64,000 bases of DNA from Candidatus Xenobia bacterium (GTDB taxonomy: Bacteria > Vulcanimicrobiota > CADAWZ01). Numbering within the stretch: the first letter of the stretch is position 1; the number at the start of each line of letters is the position of its first letter. A program made the position numbers and the translations under genes. The notes beneath the pieces are model-generated. The model saw only the letters and a list, made by a program, of their open reading frames with translations, was not told where the DNA came from and ran no database searches. Location: assembly GCA_031551355.1 (NCBI GenBank), contig JAVBNT010000003.1, forward strand, positions 1,520 to 65,519, written 5' to 3'. This document shows positions 27,186 through 37,159 of this stretch, piece after piece.

Positions 27186-28109
27186 TTATTTTTTATCCTC
27201 TGAATTTTTCTTCTGGGCAAAAGTAATCACAGATCCCGGCGGAACATCATGCGTAAGCCAGGTATTGCCGCCGATAACGGAGTTCTTCCCTATCGTAATC
27301 CGTCCCAAAATTGTAGACCCTGAATAGACGATAACATCGTCTTCCAGTATCGGATGCCGCAAATTGCCCTTAACGGCGCGTCCGTCCTCATCAAACTGAA
27401 AACTTTTAGCTCCAAGCGTTACTCCCTGGTATATCCTTACCCTGTCGCCGATTATACATGTTTCACCAATTACAACACCCGTTCCATGATCGATAAAAAA
27501 GCTTTTGCCTATTTGGGCGCCGGGATGTATATCTATTCCTGTAATGCTATGAGCCTGCTCGGTTATAATTCTGGGAATAATCGGGACATTCAACTTATAA
27601 AGTTCATGGGCAATACGGTAATTGGTAACGGCAAGCAGTCCGGGATAGGAGTAAATGCATTCGTCTACGCTCGTCGCCGCCGGATCTCCGTCATAAGCGG
27701 CTCCGGCATCGAGAAGAAGCATTTCCTGAATAAATGGCAGCAATGATACAAATTTTTTAGAAATATTGCAAGCTTTTTGTTCACAATCACCGCAATTAAG
27801 ATTATGTTGTTTGCGTCCGAAACAAAAACCGCGCTTTATTTGTTCGCATAGCTTCATTTGCAGTTCATCCAGGCAGGACGCCACATGTAACGGCATACTT
27901 TTCACAGAGACCCCGTCATTGCCGAAAAAACCGGGAAACAAAACAGTTCTCGCAAGCTCAATAAGATTTAAAATCTCTCTTCTTGAAGGGAGAAATACTT
28001 CCGGCCGCTGCTGAGAGAAAGAATCGGAAAAATTATGAAGAGCATTGCACAGTGAAGAGGAAATTACCGATAGCTCTGTTTCAAATTCGGAAAAAGATAT
28101 ATTGCTCAT
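27186..28109 (-). CDS. cysE: Serine O-acetyltransferase
   Basis: Left-handed beta-helix hexapeptide repeats: GIDIHPGAQIGKSFFIDHGTGVVIGETCIIGDRVRIYQGVTLG...HPILEDDVIVYSGSTILG. Divergent from cysK. Confidence 0.8.
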   Translation of the reverse strand: MSNISFSEFETELSVISSSLCNALHNFSDSFSQQRPEVFLPSRREILNLIELARTVLFPGFFGNDGVSVKSMPLHVASCLDELQMKLCEQIKRGFCFGRKQHNLNCGDCEQKACNISKKFVSLLPFIQEMLLLDAGAAYDGDPAATSVDECIYSYPGLLAVTNYRIAHELYKLNVPIIPRIITEQAHSITGIDIHPGAQIGKSFFIDHGTGVVIGETCIIGDRVRIYQGVTLGAKSFQFDEDGRAVKGNLRHPILEDDVIVYSGSTILGRITIGKNSVIGGNTWLTHDVPPGSVITFAQKKNSEDKK

Positions 28110-28285
28110 AAAAAAAACCTCTCTTCAATAAACCTTAAACGTTGTAATTCGCCAGACATCCAGTTTCTACGAAAGGAAAATAAAACCCTACAAAAAGGTT
28201 TTGACAAAATTAGGGCGAAGCCAATAAACCATAACAAACCTAATATTCCACTAATTGTAATTTTTAATATCAAGGAGTAAAAATA

Positions 28286-29230
28286 ATGAGATATTTCAGT
28301 GACAACAGTCTGAGCATAGGGAACACACCACTGATAAAAATAAACAAAATTGCAAAAAATTCGCAAATTTTCTGCAAAATAGAAGGACAAAATCCCTCAT
28401 ATTCCGTAAAATGCCGCGCAGCATACGCAATGATTGAAGATGCCATCAGAACAGGACGGCTGAAACCGGGAATTGAATTGATAGAACCCACAAGCGGCAA
28501 CACAGGCATTGCTCTTGCATATATTGCGGCGGCAAAAGGCTACCGCCTGACACTTACAATGCCTGATACAATGAGTATCGAAAGAAGAAGGCTGATTGCA
28601 GTATTCGGAGCCAACCTGATCCTGACGGAAGGTGCCAAAGGAATGAAAGGCGCGATTGCCAAAGTTGAGGAACTGGTTAATGAAAGCCCGGGCAAATATA
28701 TTATACCGGGACAGTTTGACAACCCGGCTAACCCACGAATCCACAGACTGACTACAGGTCCGGAAATATGGCAGGACACTGAAGGCGAAGTAGACATAGT
28801 TGTCGCCGGGGTCGGAACAGGCGGAACAATCAGCGGAATCGGCCAGTACATTAAACACGACAGAAACAAACAGATCATGTGCGTCGCCGTCGAACCGGAG
28901 GCTTCCCCGGTAATTTCACAGGAATTAGCCGGAGAGGAATTAAAGCCGTCGCCGCACAAAATTCAGGGAATCGGTGCCGGATTTATCCCGGCAACGCTTG
29001 ATTTATCAATACTTGACCGTGCGGTAAAAATTTCCAATGAAGAAGCTATGGACACCGCCCGCAGAATGGCAAAAGAAGAAGGCATTCTTTGCGGGATCTC
29101 AAGCGGAGCGGCAATGGCGGCAGCAATCAAAATATCACAGGAAAGCGGAATGGAGAATAAAAAAATAGTCGTAATCCTGCCGGATTCAGGTGAAAGATAC
29201 CTGTCCACCGCACTTTTTGAAAATATATAA
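28286..29230 (+). CDS. cysK: Cysteine synthase A (O-acetylserine sulfhydrylase)
   Basis: [25 protein letters not shown] (PLP lysine), [19 protein letters not shown]. Confidence 0.9.
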   Translation: MRYFSDNSLSIGNTPLIKINKIAKNSQIFCKIEGQNPSYSVKCRAAYAMIEDAIRTGRLKPGIELIEPTSGNTGIALAYIAAAKGYRLTLTMPDTMSIERRRLIAVFGANLILTEGAKGMKGAIAKVEELVNESPGKYIIPGQFDNPANPRIHRLTTGPEIWQDTEGEVDIVVAGVGTGGTISGIGQYIKHDRNKQIMCVAVEPEASPVISQELAGEELKPSPHKIQGIGAGFIPATLDLSILDRAVKISNEEAMDTARRMAKEEGILCGISSGAAMAAAIKISQESGMENKKIVVILPDSGERYLSTALFENI

Positions 29231-29514
29231 GCTTTATCAAGATTTAGAGATAGAGGGGGCTACCTTGTTAAAAAACAGGATGCCCTCCTTTTTAAATTTC
29301 CGATAAAAGCTCCTCGCAGAGACAGGATTCACGCACGAGACACTTACTTTGCCTTTAACCAGCATTTTATAGCAATTCTACCTATCGTGTTCAAATTATG
29401 GAAAAACTGTTTTGTTTAGCATTTAAGAAATCCTATTATTTGAGAAAAACTATATAATTGTTATAATAATTCTCAGTGGTCTTACATACGACTCATCCCT
29501 ATATCGCAGACTGC

Positions 29515-29724
29515 TTTGGTTTGCTTGTTTTCTTGCTAAGACGCTCCGGAATTGACCTTAATCTCAGCAAATTCAAGAGACAAAATACGAACTCACTCCT
29601 ACGTTCACTTCGTTCAGCTCCGTAGTTTCGAACATGCATTTTGATGGAATCAGATCAGAATTTGCTGAGTTAAGGTGCCCAAATCCTCCCGCGAAAGGCA
29701 AGAAAACAAGCAAACCAAACCAAC
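29515..29724. mobile_element. MITE-like element, family E, second copy (inverted relative to 1212-1424)
   Basis: It is the reverse complement of 1212-1424 along its whole length, with scattered substitutions. The flanking DNA is also homologous to the flanks of copy 1. Confidence 0.75.
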
Positions 29725-30235
29725 AATTGCAAATATCAAATCAAATACTTTTAAGGATTCAGACATACAGCCATACAGCATATCTTGACAGTCCTAATTT
29801 CTTTATACATTTTGAAAAAAACTGTTATAAACAAGTTTTCTGGAAATACTATTCCAAAATCCAGTAAAAATAATATGTTATGGAATTTAACTTCCACAAT
29901 CACTGATTTAGAAAAGAGTTACTTTGCCATTCTCCGTCACTAACCGCCGACTCAGCACAATTATTTGCGATTAATCCTAATTTAATCCATAACAAAAAGC
30001 AGGCACTTATAGTAACCGGAAAAAATACGACATGATTCAATTTCTATAAATACTTAACATTAATGGACAAGTTGTCATCGCGAGTGCAGCGCGGCGATCC
30101 AGGGAGCAAAACTAAAACGATGATTATTTTTTCCGGTTACTATAAATCAATAAAGAACCTATGACAAACTGAAGTGTCCCTGTATAAAAGCGTATGGCTT
30201 TTTACAGGGACACTTCAAATTTTATAAAATGTCCA

Positions 30236-30369
30236 TTAAATCTAAATCAATTCAAACCGGCGGAGATGCTAAGACAAAGACAAATTCTACGAGCGAGTCG
30301 TAGTCCTTATCTACGTCGAGCGAGAGAATTTGTCTGCGGCGACGCAGATTCGCCGGTTTCAATTGATTT
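30236..30369. repeat. Family A palindromic element (hairpin module)
   Basis: AATCAATTCAAACCGGCGGAGATGCTAAGACAAAGACAAATTCTACGAGCGAG...GAGAGAATTTGTCTGCGGCGACGCAGATTCGCCGGTTTCAATTGATT. It touches the selD stop codon (30368-30370). Confidence 0.85.
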
Positions 30370-31432
30370 ACTGGCGGAGGGTTATTTTGCCGGGCTCCCT
30401 ATCCGTAATCCGCCCTATAATCACCGCACTTTCAACCCCCGACGACTTAAGCTTGGAGACTAAACCATCCGCCTGGGATTGCTCAACGAAAATCAAAAGC
30501 CCACCCGAGGTCTGAGGGTCAAAAAACAGCTGCAGACGTACGTCGTCAACCGTTTCGGCTCCGTACAAATGTCCGGAGTAAAAATCCCTGTTTCTATACA
30601 AACCGCCGGGTAATAAACCCATTGAAGCATAATCATAAGCCTTTTCCAAAAAAGGAACCGCCTGCGAATCAATAATGGCGCCCATTCCGGAACGCTGCAG
30701 GCATTCAAACAGATGACCGAGCAAACCAAAACCGGTGACATCGGTACAGGCTGTAACCGGGAACTGCTGCATAATCTCCGCCGCTGTTTTATTCAGAGTA
30801 ATCATACTTTCAACCATAGCCGCAAGCGATGATTCATCATACATAGAAGCTTTTACTGCCGTTGATATAATTCCTGTTCCCAAAGGTTTTGTCAGAATAA
30901 CGGCATCTCCGTTATTGACGCCCTTCTTTGTCAAAACTTTGTCAGGGTGTATCGTTCCGGTTACAGAAAGTCCGTATTTTATCTCATCATCCATAACCGA
31001 ATGGCCGCCGACAAGGAGACAGCCGGCTTTGTTCATTATATCAAGTCCTCCGGCGATAATGCTTTTTGCTACGGAATGCGGCATTTTGCCTGCCGGAAAA
31101 CAAAAAATGTTCATTGCCGTAAGAGGTTTGCCCCCCATCGCATACACATCACTAAGAGAGTTGGCAGCCGCTATCTGACCAAAAAGAAACGGATCATCCA
31201 CAAGCGGAGTAAAAAAATCAACCGTCTGAATGATGGCAATTTCATCGGTAAGCTTATAAACTGCCGCATCGTCCGGCTCTTCCATTCCAACCAAAAGGTT
31301 GGGATCTTTCATGAGTTGTAATCCACACAACACATTCGATAAGTCTGCAGGACCTATCTTGGATGCTCAACCGGCGGCTTTCACCAATGCCGTAAGCTTT
31401 ATTTCTTCAAATTCAGACAAATCTTTTTGCAT
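30368..31432 (-). CDS. selD: Selenide, water dikinase (selenophosphate synthetase) with in-frame UGA = selenocysteine at codon 22
   Basis: ATG at 31432 lies 7 nt after AGGAGG. The translation is MQKDLSEFEEIKLTALVKAAG-U-ASKIGPADLSNVLCGL..., which matches the SelD N-terminal G-(C/U)-x-x-K-I-x-P motif. The TGA is at 31367-31369. The track ORF (30368-31333) is the post-UGA remainder. AIR-synthase-like body with DVTGFGLLGH. Confidence 0.85.
31338..31358 (-). promoter_or_regulatory. SECIS-like hairpin downstream of the selD UGA
   Basis: The RNA GAUAGGUC-CUGCA-GACUUAUC has an 8-bp stem (one G-U pair) and a 5-nt loop. It starts 9 nt after the UGA. Confidence 0.55.
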
Positions 31433-31487
31433 CACTGACTCCTCCTTTCTTTATATAACTACAATTGAAATCAGGCGCGCAGGCAGA

Positions 31488-31751
31488 TCATTTCTCTACC
31501 GTATAAACAGAGCCGTCGTAACTGTAAATTTCAAAACGCTCAGCGTCAATACCCGACCTTATTGTTTCAAACGCCGAACAGGCATTTTCATGAGGTATCA
31601 GAATACACAAGCCGCAGGCTTTGGATATTTCCATCGGCAAAGGGGAAAGTTCCATAGAAACCGATTGCTTCTTTAGAAGTCTTTCTGCAGACAGTGTATC
31701 GTGTATAGATCTGAATACGACAAAATATTTTTTATCAGTATTTTTTTGCAT
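31488..31751 (-). CDS. DUF3343-like small protein (putative Se/S carrier, commonly next to selD/yedF)
   Basis: 87 aa from ATG 31751: KYFVVFRSIHDTLSAERLLKKQSVSMELSPLPMEISKACGLCI. Its size and position between yedF and selD fit the known selenium-cluster context. Confidence 0.6.
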   Translation of the reverse strand: MQKNTDKKYFVVFRSIHDTLSAERLLKKQSVSMELSPLPMEISKACGLCILIPHENACSAFETIRSGIDAERFEIYSYDGSVYTVEK

Positions 31752-31798
31752 TGACAATCCTTCCAAAAGCAAATTGCCGCAACCGCCTGCAGATAATT

Positions 31799-32371
31799 TT
31801 AAAAATTGATGACATGAGCAGAATTTGCAACAACGCTGCAAATCTCAAACATATTCGACACAGTCCCGATTTTCAGCTCATCAATCAAGCCGAAATAGTC
31901 AAGACAGGTCCCGCAGACAAGCAGCTCTACCCCGGCACCTGAAAGCTCCGTAAGGGCATTAAGAAATTCCGAGCCGCTGCATGCCAGCTTGACTCCGCCG
32001 TTCAAAAAAACAACCGCAGAAACCGAACCATGCAGCTGAGGCAACGTCTTGAGATACGCATGCATTAAAACACGGCCCAACACCTCATCGCCCCTGCCTA
32101 TTGTTTCCGCAGAAATAACGGCAGTAATCGGCGCAGACGGCTGCAGTGATGAAGAAGCGGCCGAATCACCTTTAACAGCAAACCTAACATAACCTGATTC
32201 ATCCAGACTGTCAAATTCTCTTGAAACCGATTTAAGAAAACGGCTCACATTACCGCATGAAACCGGAGAATCCAGCAAAATATCAAATGTTTTTCCGGGA
32301 TTGGCATCCAAAAACTTTTTTACCCTTATCAAAGGTTCAGGACAATCAAGTCCCCTTACATCAATCTTCAT
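31799..32371 (-). CDS. yedF: Selenium metabolism protein YedF (TusA/SirA-like + DsrE-like domains)
   Basis: MKIDVRGLDCPEPLIRVKKFL (the CPxP motif of the TusA family) followed by a DsrE-like half with CGTCLDYF. ATG 32371 follows GGAGG. Confidence 0.75.
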   Translation of the reverse strand: MKIDVRGLDCPEPLIRVKKFLDANPGKTFDILLDSPVSCGNVSRFLKSVSREFDSLDESGYVRFAVKGDSAASSSLQPSAPITAVISAETIGRGDEVLGRVLMHAYLKTLPQLHGSVSAVVFLNGGVKLACSGSEFLNALTELSGAGVELLVCGTCLDYFGLIDELKIGTVSNMFEICSVVANSAHVINF

Positions 32372-33398
32372 CGCGTCCTCCAAGCTCACCGGAATCACGC
32401 AAAAAAGCAACAAAGGAAGCAACTATATCAGGTGCAAACTGGCTGCCGGCATTTTTTATAAGCTCCTCAACCGCCACTGCCGGTGAAAAAGCCTTTCGGT
32501 ATGGCCTGTCAGACGTCATCGCATCAAAAGAATCGGTAACAGTCACTATTCTTGCGGAAAGAGGAATCTCTCTTTCTTTAATGCCGTCAGGATAGCCGCC
32601 GCCGTCCCACCGTTCATGATGGTGTCTTACCGTAGGCAGAACATGAGCCATACTTTTTATCGGCCGCAAAAGTGCCTCACCGATAACAGGGTGCTGTTTC
32701 ATAATTTCAAACTCAATATCGGTTAGTCTGTCCGGTTTATTGATAATCTCCTCAGGAATATTTATTTTTCCTATATCATGAAATTCACCGGCATCCCTGA
32801 ACGCCTGAAGCTGACCTCTCATAAGAGAGTAAACGATCTCTTTTTCATCATCGTCGGCAAGCGAAAATGTTATCGCCGCCTGTCCAAGTTCCTTAAATTT
32901 TGCTCCGTCGGCAACCTCTTTCATAATCTCGGAATCATTGCCCAACCGCTCTGCGAGTGCGGCTGACAGATCCGTGACCCGGCAACTGTGCTGATAAGTA
33001 AACTGGGTTTCAAGCTTCATCAAAAGTTCAAACAAGTAAAGTTTTTCGCTCTCATCGGTTTCACCGAATTCATCACTCAGTTTTTTCAAAAGAGAATAAA
33101 CCGAGCTTACGGCATTTCTTACCGCCGACTCCAAAGCTTTAACAAAAACGGCAGAGGCGTCGGCAGAGGGAGACATCGACATAAGCTTGGAGGCAAAATT
33201 TCTGTCGGCAACCATTTTGTAAAAATCGCTTACGGACAATTTATCATATGATGAAACACTGACGCTGTCCTGTACATTCCGCTGCGCGGCAGGAGTCTCT
33301 TTAGGCAAAGACGTATGTGTTGCCGAGGGAAATTTAAGACCCTCAACTTTATGAGATTGCGAAAAAGAGCCGATGGGCTCCGGAGGAGTTATATTCAT
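32361..33398 (-). CDS. HD-GYP domain protein (probable cyclic-di-GMP phosphodiesterase)
   Basis: HDIGKINIP...HHERWDGGGYPDG...DSFDAMTSDRPYRKA. Confidence 0.85.
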   Translation of the reverse strand: MNITPPEPIGSFSQSHKVEGLKFPSATHTSLPKETPAAQRNVQDSVSVSSYDKLSVSDFYKMVADRNFASKLMSMSPSADASAVFVKALESAVRNAVSSVYSLLKKLSDEFGETDESEKLYLFELLMKLETQFTYQHSCRVTDLSAALAERLGNDSEIMKEVADGAKFKELGQAAITFSLADDDEKEIVYSLMRGQLQAFRDAGEFHDIGKINIPEEIINKPDRLTDIEFEIMKQHPVIGEALLRPIKSMAHVLPTVRHHHERWDGGGYPDGIKEREIPLSARIVTVTDSFDAMTSDRPYRKAFSPAVAVEELIKNAGSQFAPDIVASFVAFLRDSGELGGRDED

Positions 33399-33401
33399 AA
33401 A

Positions 33402-34322
33402 CTAAAGTTCCTTATCCCTTAACTTTCCTGCATAAAGAACGTTGAGGGCTATTGATAAAAATTTACATGTGGAAGAATCGGCACGTGAAGTCAAAACGAT
33501 AGGTCTCTTTGTTCCCAAAACAACGCCAGCAGGAACTCCGCCGCCAAAATATACAAGTCCTTTAAAAAGCCCGTTCCCCATGTCTATATCGGATACGAAA
33601 ATTACATCAGCATCTCCCGCCACCGGCGAAACGATCTTTTTCTCTCTGACGGACTCCATTGAGATCGCATTATCAAAAGCCAGAGGGCCGTCAATAAGCG
33701 CTCCCTTTATCTGACAGCGGTCAGACATTTTTGCAAGAATAGCGGCATTAAGAGTGCTTGGTATTTTTTCAGAAACCGTCTCAACCGGTCCCAAAACAGC
33801 TATTTTCGGTTTTTCCAACCCTATCAGATGGTAAAAAGCTATCGCATTTTCAAGAATAGCTACCTGTTCAGGAAGTTCCGGAGCAATATTTATCCCACCA
33901 TCGGTAAGAGATAAAAACTTATGGTAACCGGGCAGCTTTATCATAAAAAGATGACTGACAACATTTGCAGTTCTTAAACCGTACTCCTTGTTAAATACTG
34001 CCTTCATCAATGTTCCCGTCTGCAAAATGCCTTTCATCAGGATATCGGCTTTTCCCGCCGAGACATATTTTACCGCCTCAGAGGCACAAAGATCGGGCTC
34101 GGCAATATCAATAATCGCACTCTCATCCAAAATATAATTGACTGCTTTGGCAAAGGACAGTATCTCTTTCTTATTGCCAAAAAGCACAGGCTCTACAAGT
34201 CCGGAAGCCTCAGCTTCCTTAAGTGCTGCAATCACGGTATCTTCATGGGCTCCCGCAACGGCTATTTTCATAGGAGCGTATTTTTTTGCCATCTCCAACA
34301 TTTCATCATATGTTTGAAACAT
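33402..34322 (-). CDS. ptb: Phosphate butyryltransferase / phosphate acyltransferase
   Basis: About 300 aa of the PTA_PTB family (KIAVAGAHEDTVIAALKEA...GDADVIFVSDIDMGNGLFK), paired with butyrate kinase. Confidence 0.75.
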   Translation of the reverse strand: MFQTYDEMLEMAKKYAPMKIAVAGAHEDTVIAALKEAEASGLVEPVLFGNKKEILSFAKAVNYILDESAIIDIAEPDLCASEAVKYVSAGKADILMKGILQTGTLMKAVFNKEYGLRTANVVSHLFMIKLPGYHKFLSLTDGGINIAPELPEQVAILENAIAFYHLIGLEKPKIAVLGPVETVSEKIPSTLNAAILAKMSDRCQIKGALIDGPLAFDNAISMESVREKKIVSPVAGDADVIFVSDIDMGNGLFKGLVYFGGGVPAGVVLGTKRPIVLTSRADSSTCKFLSIALNVLYAGKLRDKEL

Positions 34323-34348
34323 TTAAAACCTCCGGAAATATTTAATGA

Positions 34349-35047
34349 GCGGAAAACCACCCCGCCGCTCCGCGGCATCCCTCCAAAGGAGGGGAATTTA
34401 TTAAAATTCAAATCAATTCAAACAAGCAAAGATGCTAAGCAAAGGCAATTTCGACGAGCGAGACGTAGTCTTATCTCAATGTCATTAAGTTAAGAGAAAC
34501 CATCTTTTAGGCTATACGTAAGCAATTAGCTTTACCGTCATTGCGAGCCTGTAAGGCGTGGCAATCCAGGCATTTATTTTTCTGGATTGCTTCGTCGGTA
34601 GCCTCCTCGCAATGACAAACATGGCAAAACCGGCAATTTAAAATCTTAACTTAATAACATTGAGTCTTACTCTACGGTAAGCGAGAGAATTTGTCTGCGA
34701 CTACACAGAAACCACCCTGCTGCTCCGCGGCACCCCTCCAAAGAAGGGGAATTCATTAAAGTCTAAATCAATTCAAACAGGCGGAGATGCCAAGGCAAAG
34801 GCAATTTCGACGAGCGAGACGTAGTCGTACTTCTACGTTGAGCGAGAGAAATTGTCTGCGACTACACAAGCCCCCTGCTGCTCCGCGGCACCCCTCCAAA
34901 GAAGGGGAATTCATTAAAATCTAAATCAATTCAAACAGGCGGAGAGGCTAAGACAAAGACAATTTCGACGAGCGAGGCGTAGTCTTATCTACGTTGAGCG
35001 AGCGAAATTGTCTGCGACGACGCAGATCTGCCGGTTTCAATTGATTT
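34349..35047. repeat. Tandem array of three family A units (~165 bp each) between buk and ptb; the first unit carries a nested insertion
   Basis: The units start near 34349, 34708 and 34870. Each is a head module plus hairpin module. The array fills the whole buk-ptb intergenic space. Confidence 0.85.
34475..34664. mobile_element. Family C MITE (TIR CTCAATGTCATTAAGTTAAG / CTTAACTTAATAACATTGAG) inserted in the loop of a family A hairpin, flanked by a TCTTA duplication
   Basis: An uninterrupted loop reads GTAGTCTTATCTACG. Here it reads GTAGTCTTAT[190 bp]TCTTACTCTACG. The insert itself contains the family D hairpin at 34537-34616. Confidence 0.8.
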
Positions 35048-36119
35048 AGACGGAGTATTTTAAGGCAGTTGCATACCCCTCGACGATTTGGCGGGTACCA
35101 TACGCAAGCGCACCCATCTCATCCTGTCCGGGATAGACAAAAATTCTACCTAAAAACCCGACCCTTTCGGACACTCCATCCACAATATAATTGGATCTTG
35201 CCATAGCTCCCGTAAGGATAACGGCATCTATTTTGCCGCAAACTACGGTTGCAAAAGAGCCTATCGTTTTGGATATATTATAAATCATGGCATCAAGAAC
35301 GAGCTTTGCTTCCTCATCGCCGTTATCTACTCTGTTAAGAACTTCAAGCACGCTGTTGGTGCCCAGCAGAGCCGTAAGCCCGCTTTTTTTCATCAAAAGT
35401 TTCAGCATCTCATCTTTCGTATATTTGCCGGCATAACAAAACTCAACAAGTTCCTTAAAGGGTAATGTGCCGCTGCGCTCCGGAGAAAAAGGCGATTCGC
35501 TGTTGGCGTTACAGGTATCAACCGCTCTGCCCTTTTCAAAACAGGCAACGGTAATTCCGCTTCCCATATGGGCGACAACGGAATTGATGTCTTCCGCCGC
35601 TCTGCCAAGCTCCCCGGCAGAGCGTCTGTGAACGGCCCTGCAGTTAAGAGCATGCCACAAACTTTTCCTTTTAATTTCGGGACGGCCTGTTATACGGGCA
35701 ATGTCCCGGTATTCATCAACGCTTATCGGATCGGTAAAATAAGCGTTGATATTCAATTTACAGGCTATTTCCCAACCGATCATGATCGCAAGCATTGAAA
35801 CATGAGGAGTAGAAACATTCCCCTTAAACAGCTCCTCCACCAGAGGTTGTTCCACAAGGTAAGTTCCGGCAACAACAGGTTTCAACGGGGCTCCCCTGCA
35901 GGCTATTGCCGACAATTTGCCCTGAAGATCGTGACGGGCAATAAAATCATCCACAGATTTGCTTCTCACCGGAAGCTGATCCAGAATATTTACACATTTT
36001 TCAATTTCGGAATTGTTGTGCACAAGTTCCTCGGAAATAACTTCGTCTTCTCCCATAAAAAGAGATACCCTTGTCGTCATGCTGCCGGGATTTATAACGA
36101 GAATGCACGCGGCCTCCAT
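35046..36119 (-). CDS. buk: Butyrate kinase
   Basis: ILVINPGSMTTRVSLF N-terminus and the acetate/butyrate kinase fold (VAHMGSGITV, ILTGAMARS). 357 aa. Confidence 0.85.
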   Translation of the reverse strand: MEAACILVINPGSMTTRVSLFMGEDEVISEELVHNNSEIEKCVNILDQLPVRSKSVDDFIARHDLQGKLSAIACRGAPLKPVVAGTYLVEQPLVEELFKGNVSTPHVSMLAIMIGWEIACKLNINAYFTDPISVDEYRDIARITGRPEIKRKSLWHALNCRAVHRRSAGELGRAAEDINSVVAHMGSGITVACFEKGRAVDTCNANSESPFSPERSGTLPFKELVEFCYAGKYTKDEMLKLLMKKSGLTALLGTNSVLEVLNRVDNGDEEAKLVLDAMIYNISKTIGSFATVVCGKIDAVILTGAMARSNYIVDGVSERVGFLGRIFVYPGQDEMGALAYGTRQIVEGYATALKYSV

Positions 36120-36289
36120 CTAACGTTTCCTCCCCTAAAAGTTATAATAGATTTTGTTTTAAAATCTTATATAAAGGAATGCTATTTCCCTTCAAGCGAG
36201 AAAATAAACTAGCGTTGCCGGAGCAACCGATAATACTTTTCAGGCATCTTAAAATAATGGTAGAGAAAGAAGTAAAGGAGACTAAAAAA

Positions 36290-36988
36290 ATGAAACGCCA
36301 AATAATAAAAATAGATGAAGAAAAATGTAACGGATGCGGCTTGTGTGTTAGTGCATGCCATGAAGGTGCTATAGGACTCGTTGACGGAAAAGCTCAATTG
36401 TTAAGAGATGATTTCTGCGACGGTCTGGGAAACTGTCTGCCGGTATGCCCTACCGGAGCAATAGAGTTCGAAGAGAGAGAAGCCAAAGCCTTTGATGAAG
36501 CAGCGGTAAAAAAAGCCGCGGAAAAGCTTCCCTGCGGATGTCCCGGAACCCAGGTTAAAAACATCGCTCACAAAGCGGAAAACTGTTGCGACAACAAAAA
36601 AGAAGATGAGAAAAACGAAGCTTCAGAGCTCCGACAATGGCCTGTCCAGATAAAGCTGGTACCGGCAAATGCACCATACTTTCAAAATGCAAATCTTCTT
36701 ATAGCTGCTGATTGCACCGCCTATGCAATAAACAATTTCCACAACCGTTTTATGAAAGGAAAAATAACATTAATAGGCTGCCCAAAACTTGACAATGCCG
36801 ACTATTCGGAAAAACTGGCGGCTATTCTTGAAACAAACGAAATAAAAAGCGTAACCGTGCTGCGTATGGAAGTGCCATGCTGCGGCGGAATTGTCAGCGC
36901 CGTAACCGAAGCCCTCAGAAAGAGCGGAAAAATCACACCATGGCAGGTTATAACCATCAGCACCGACGGTGAAGTCATTGAAAATTAA
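36290..36988 (+). CDS. 4Fe-4S dicluster domain protein with Cys-rich C-terminal domain
   Basis: CNGCGLCVSACHEGAI and CDGLGNCLPVCPTGAI ferredoxin motifs. ATG 36290 follows AAGGAG. Confidence 0.7.
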   Translation: MKRQIIKIDEEKCNGCGLCVSACHEGAIGLVDGKAQLLRDDFCDGLGNCLPVCPTGAIEFEEREAKAFDEAAVKKAAEKLPCGCPGTQVKNIAHKAENCCDNKKEDEKNEASELRQWPVQIKLVPANAPYFQNANLLIAADCTAYAINNFHNRFMKGKITLIGCPKLDNADYSEKLAAILETNEIKSVTVLRMEVPCCGGIVSAVTEALRKSGKITPWQVITISTDGEVIEN

Positions 36989-37159
36989 AACCGTTTATAA
37001 ACAACCGCCGAACCCGGTATTTCCGTGTTAACAAAATGATTGGCTTTCGGATTTGACTAGAAGGTTTTAGCTGTGTTACAGCAGAAAAATATATACCGCA
37101 AAACATGTCCCGGAGTGAATACAAAAAAAGCTCCGGGCTAAATTTTTGGAGGAATAATA

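Noticed and set aside
28110-28285. A possible riboswitch/T-box leader in the cysE-cysK divergent spacer.
   Set aside because: I could not find a specifier/antiterminator arrangement or any conserved riboswitch core by eye. The region is only 176 bp and looks like plain AT-rich promoter DNA.
31299-31676. Plus-strand ORF 31299-31676 occupying the gap upstream of the truncated selD call.
   Set aside because: The gap is explained by the selD N-terminus (SD, ATG 31432, UGA 31367-31369) and the DUF3343 gene on the minus strand. The plus-strand ORF is antisense to both.
34349-35047. Regularly repeated ~165-bp units could be a CRISPR array.
   Set aside because: The units are directly abutting with no unique spacers. 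They are far longer than CRISPR repeats, are themselves long hairpins, and occur singly elsewhere (8825, 10463, 30236). No cas genes are present in the window.
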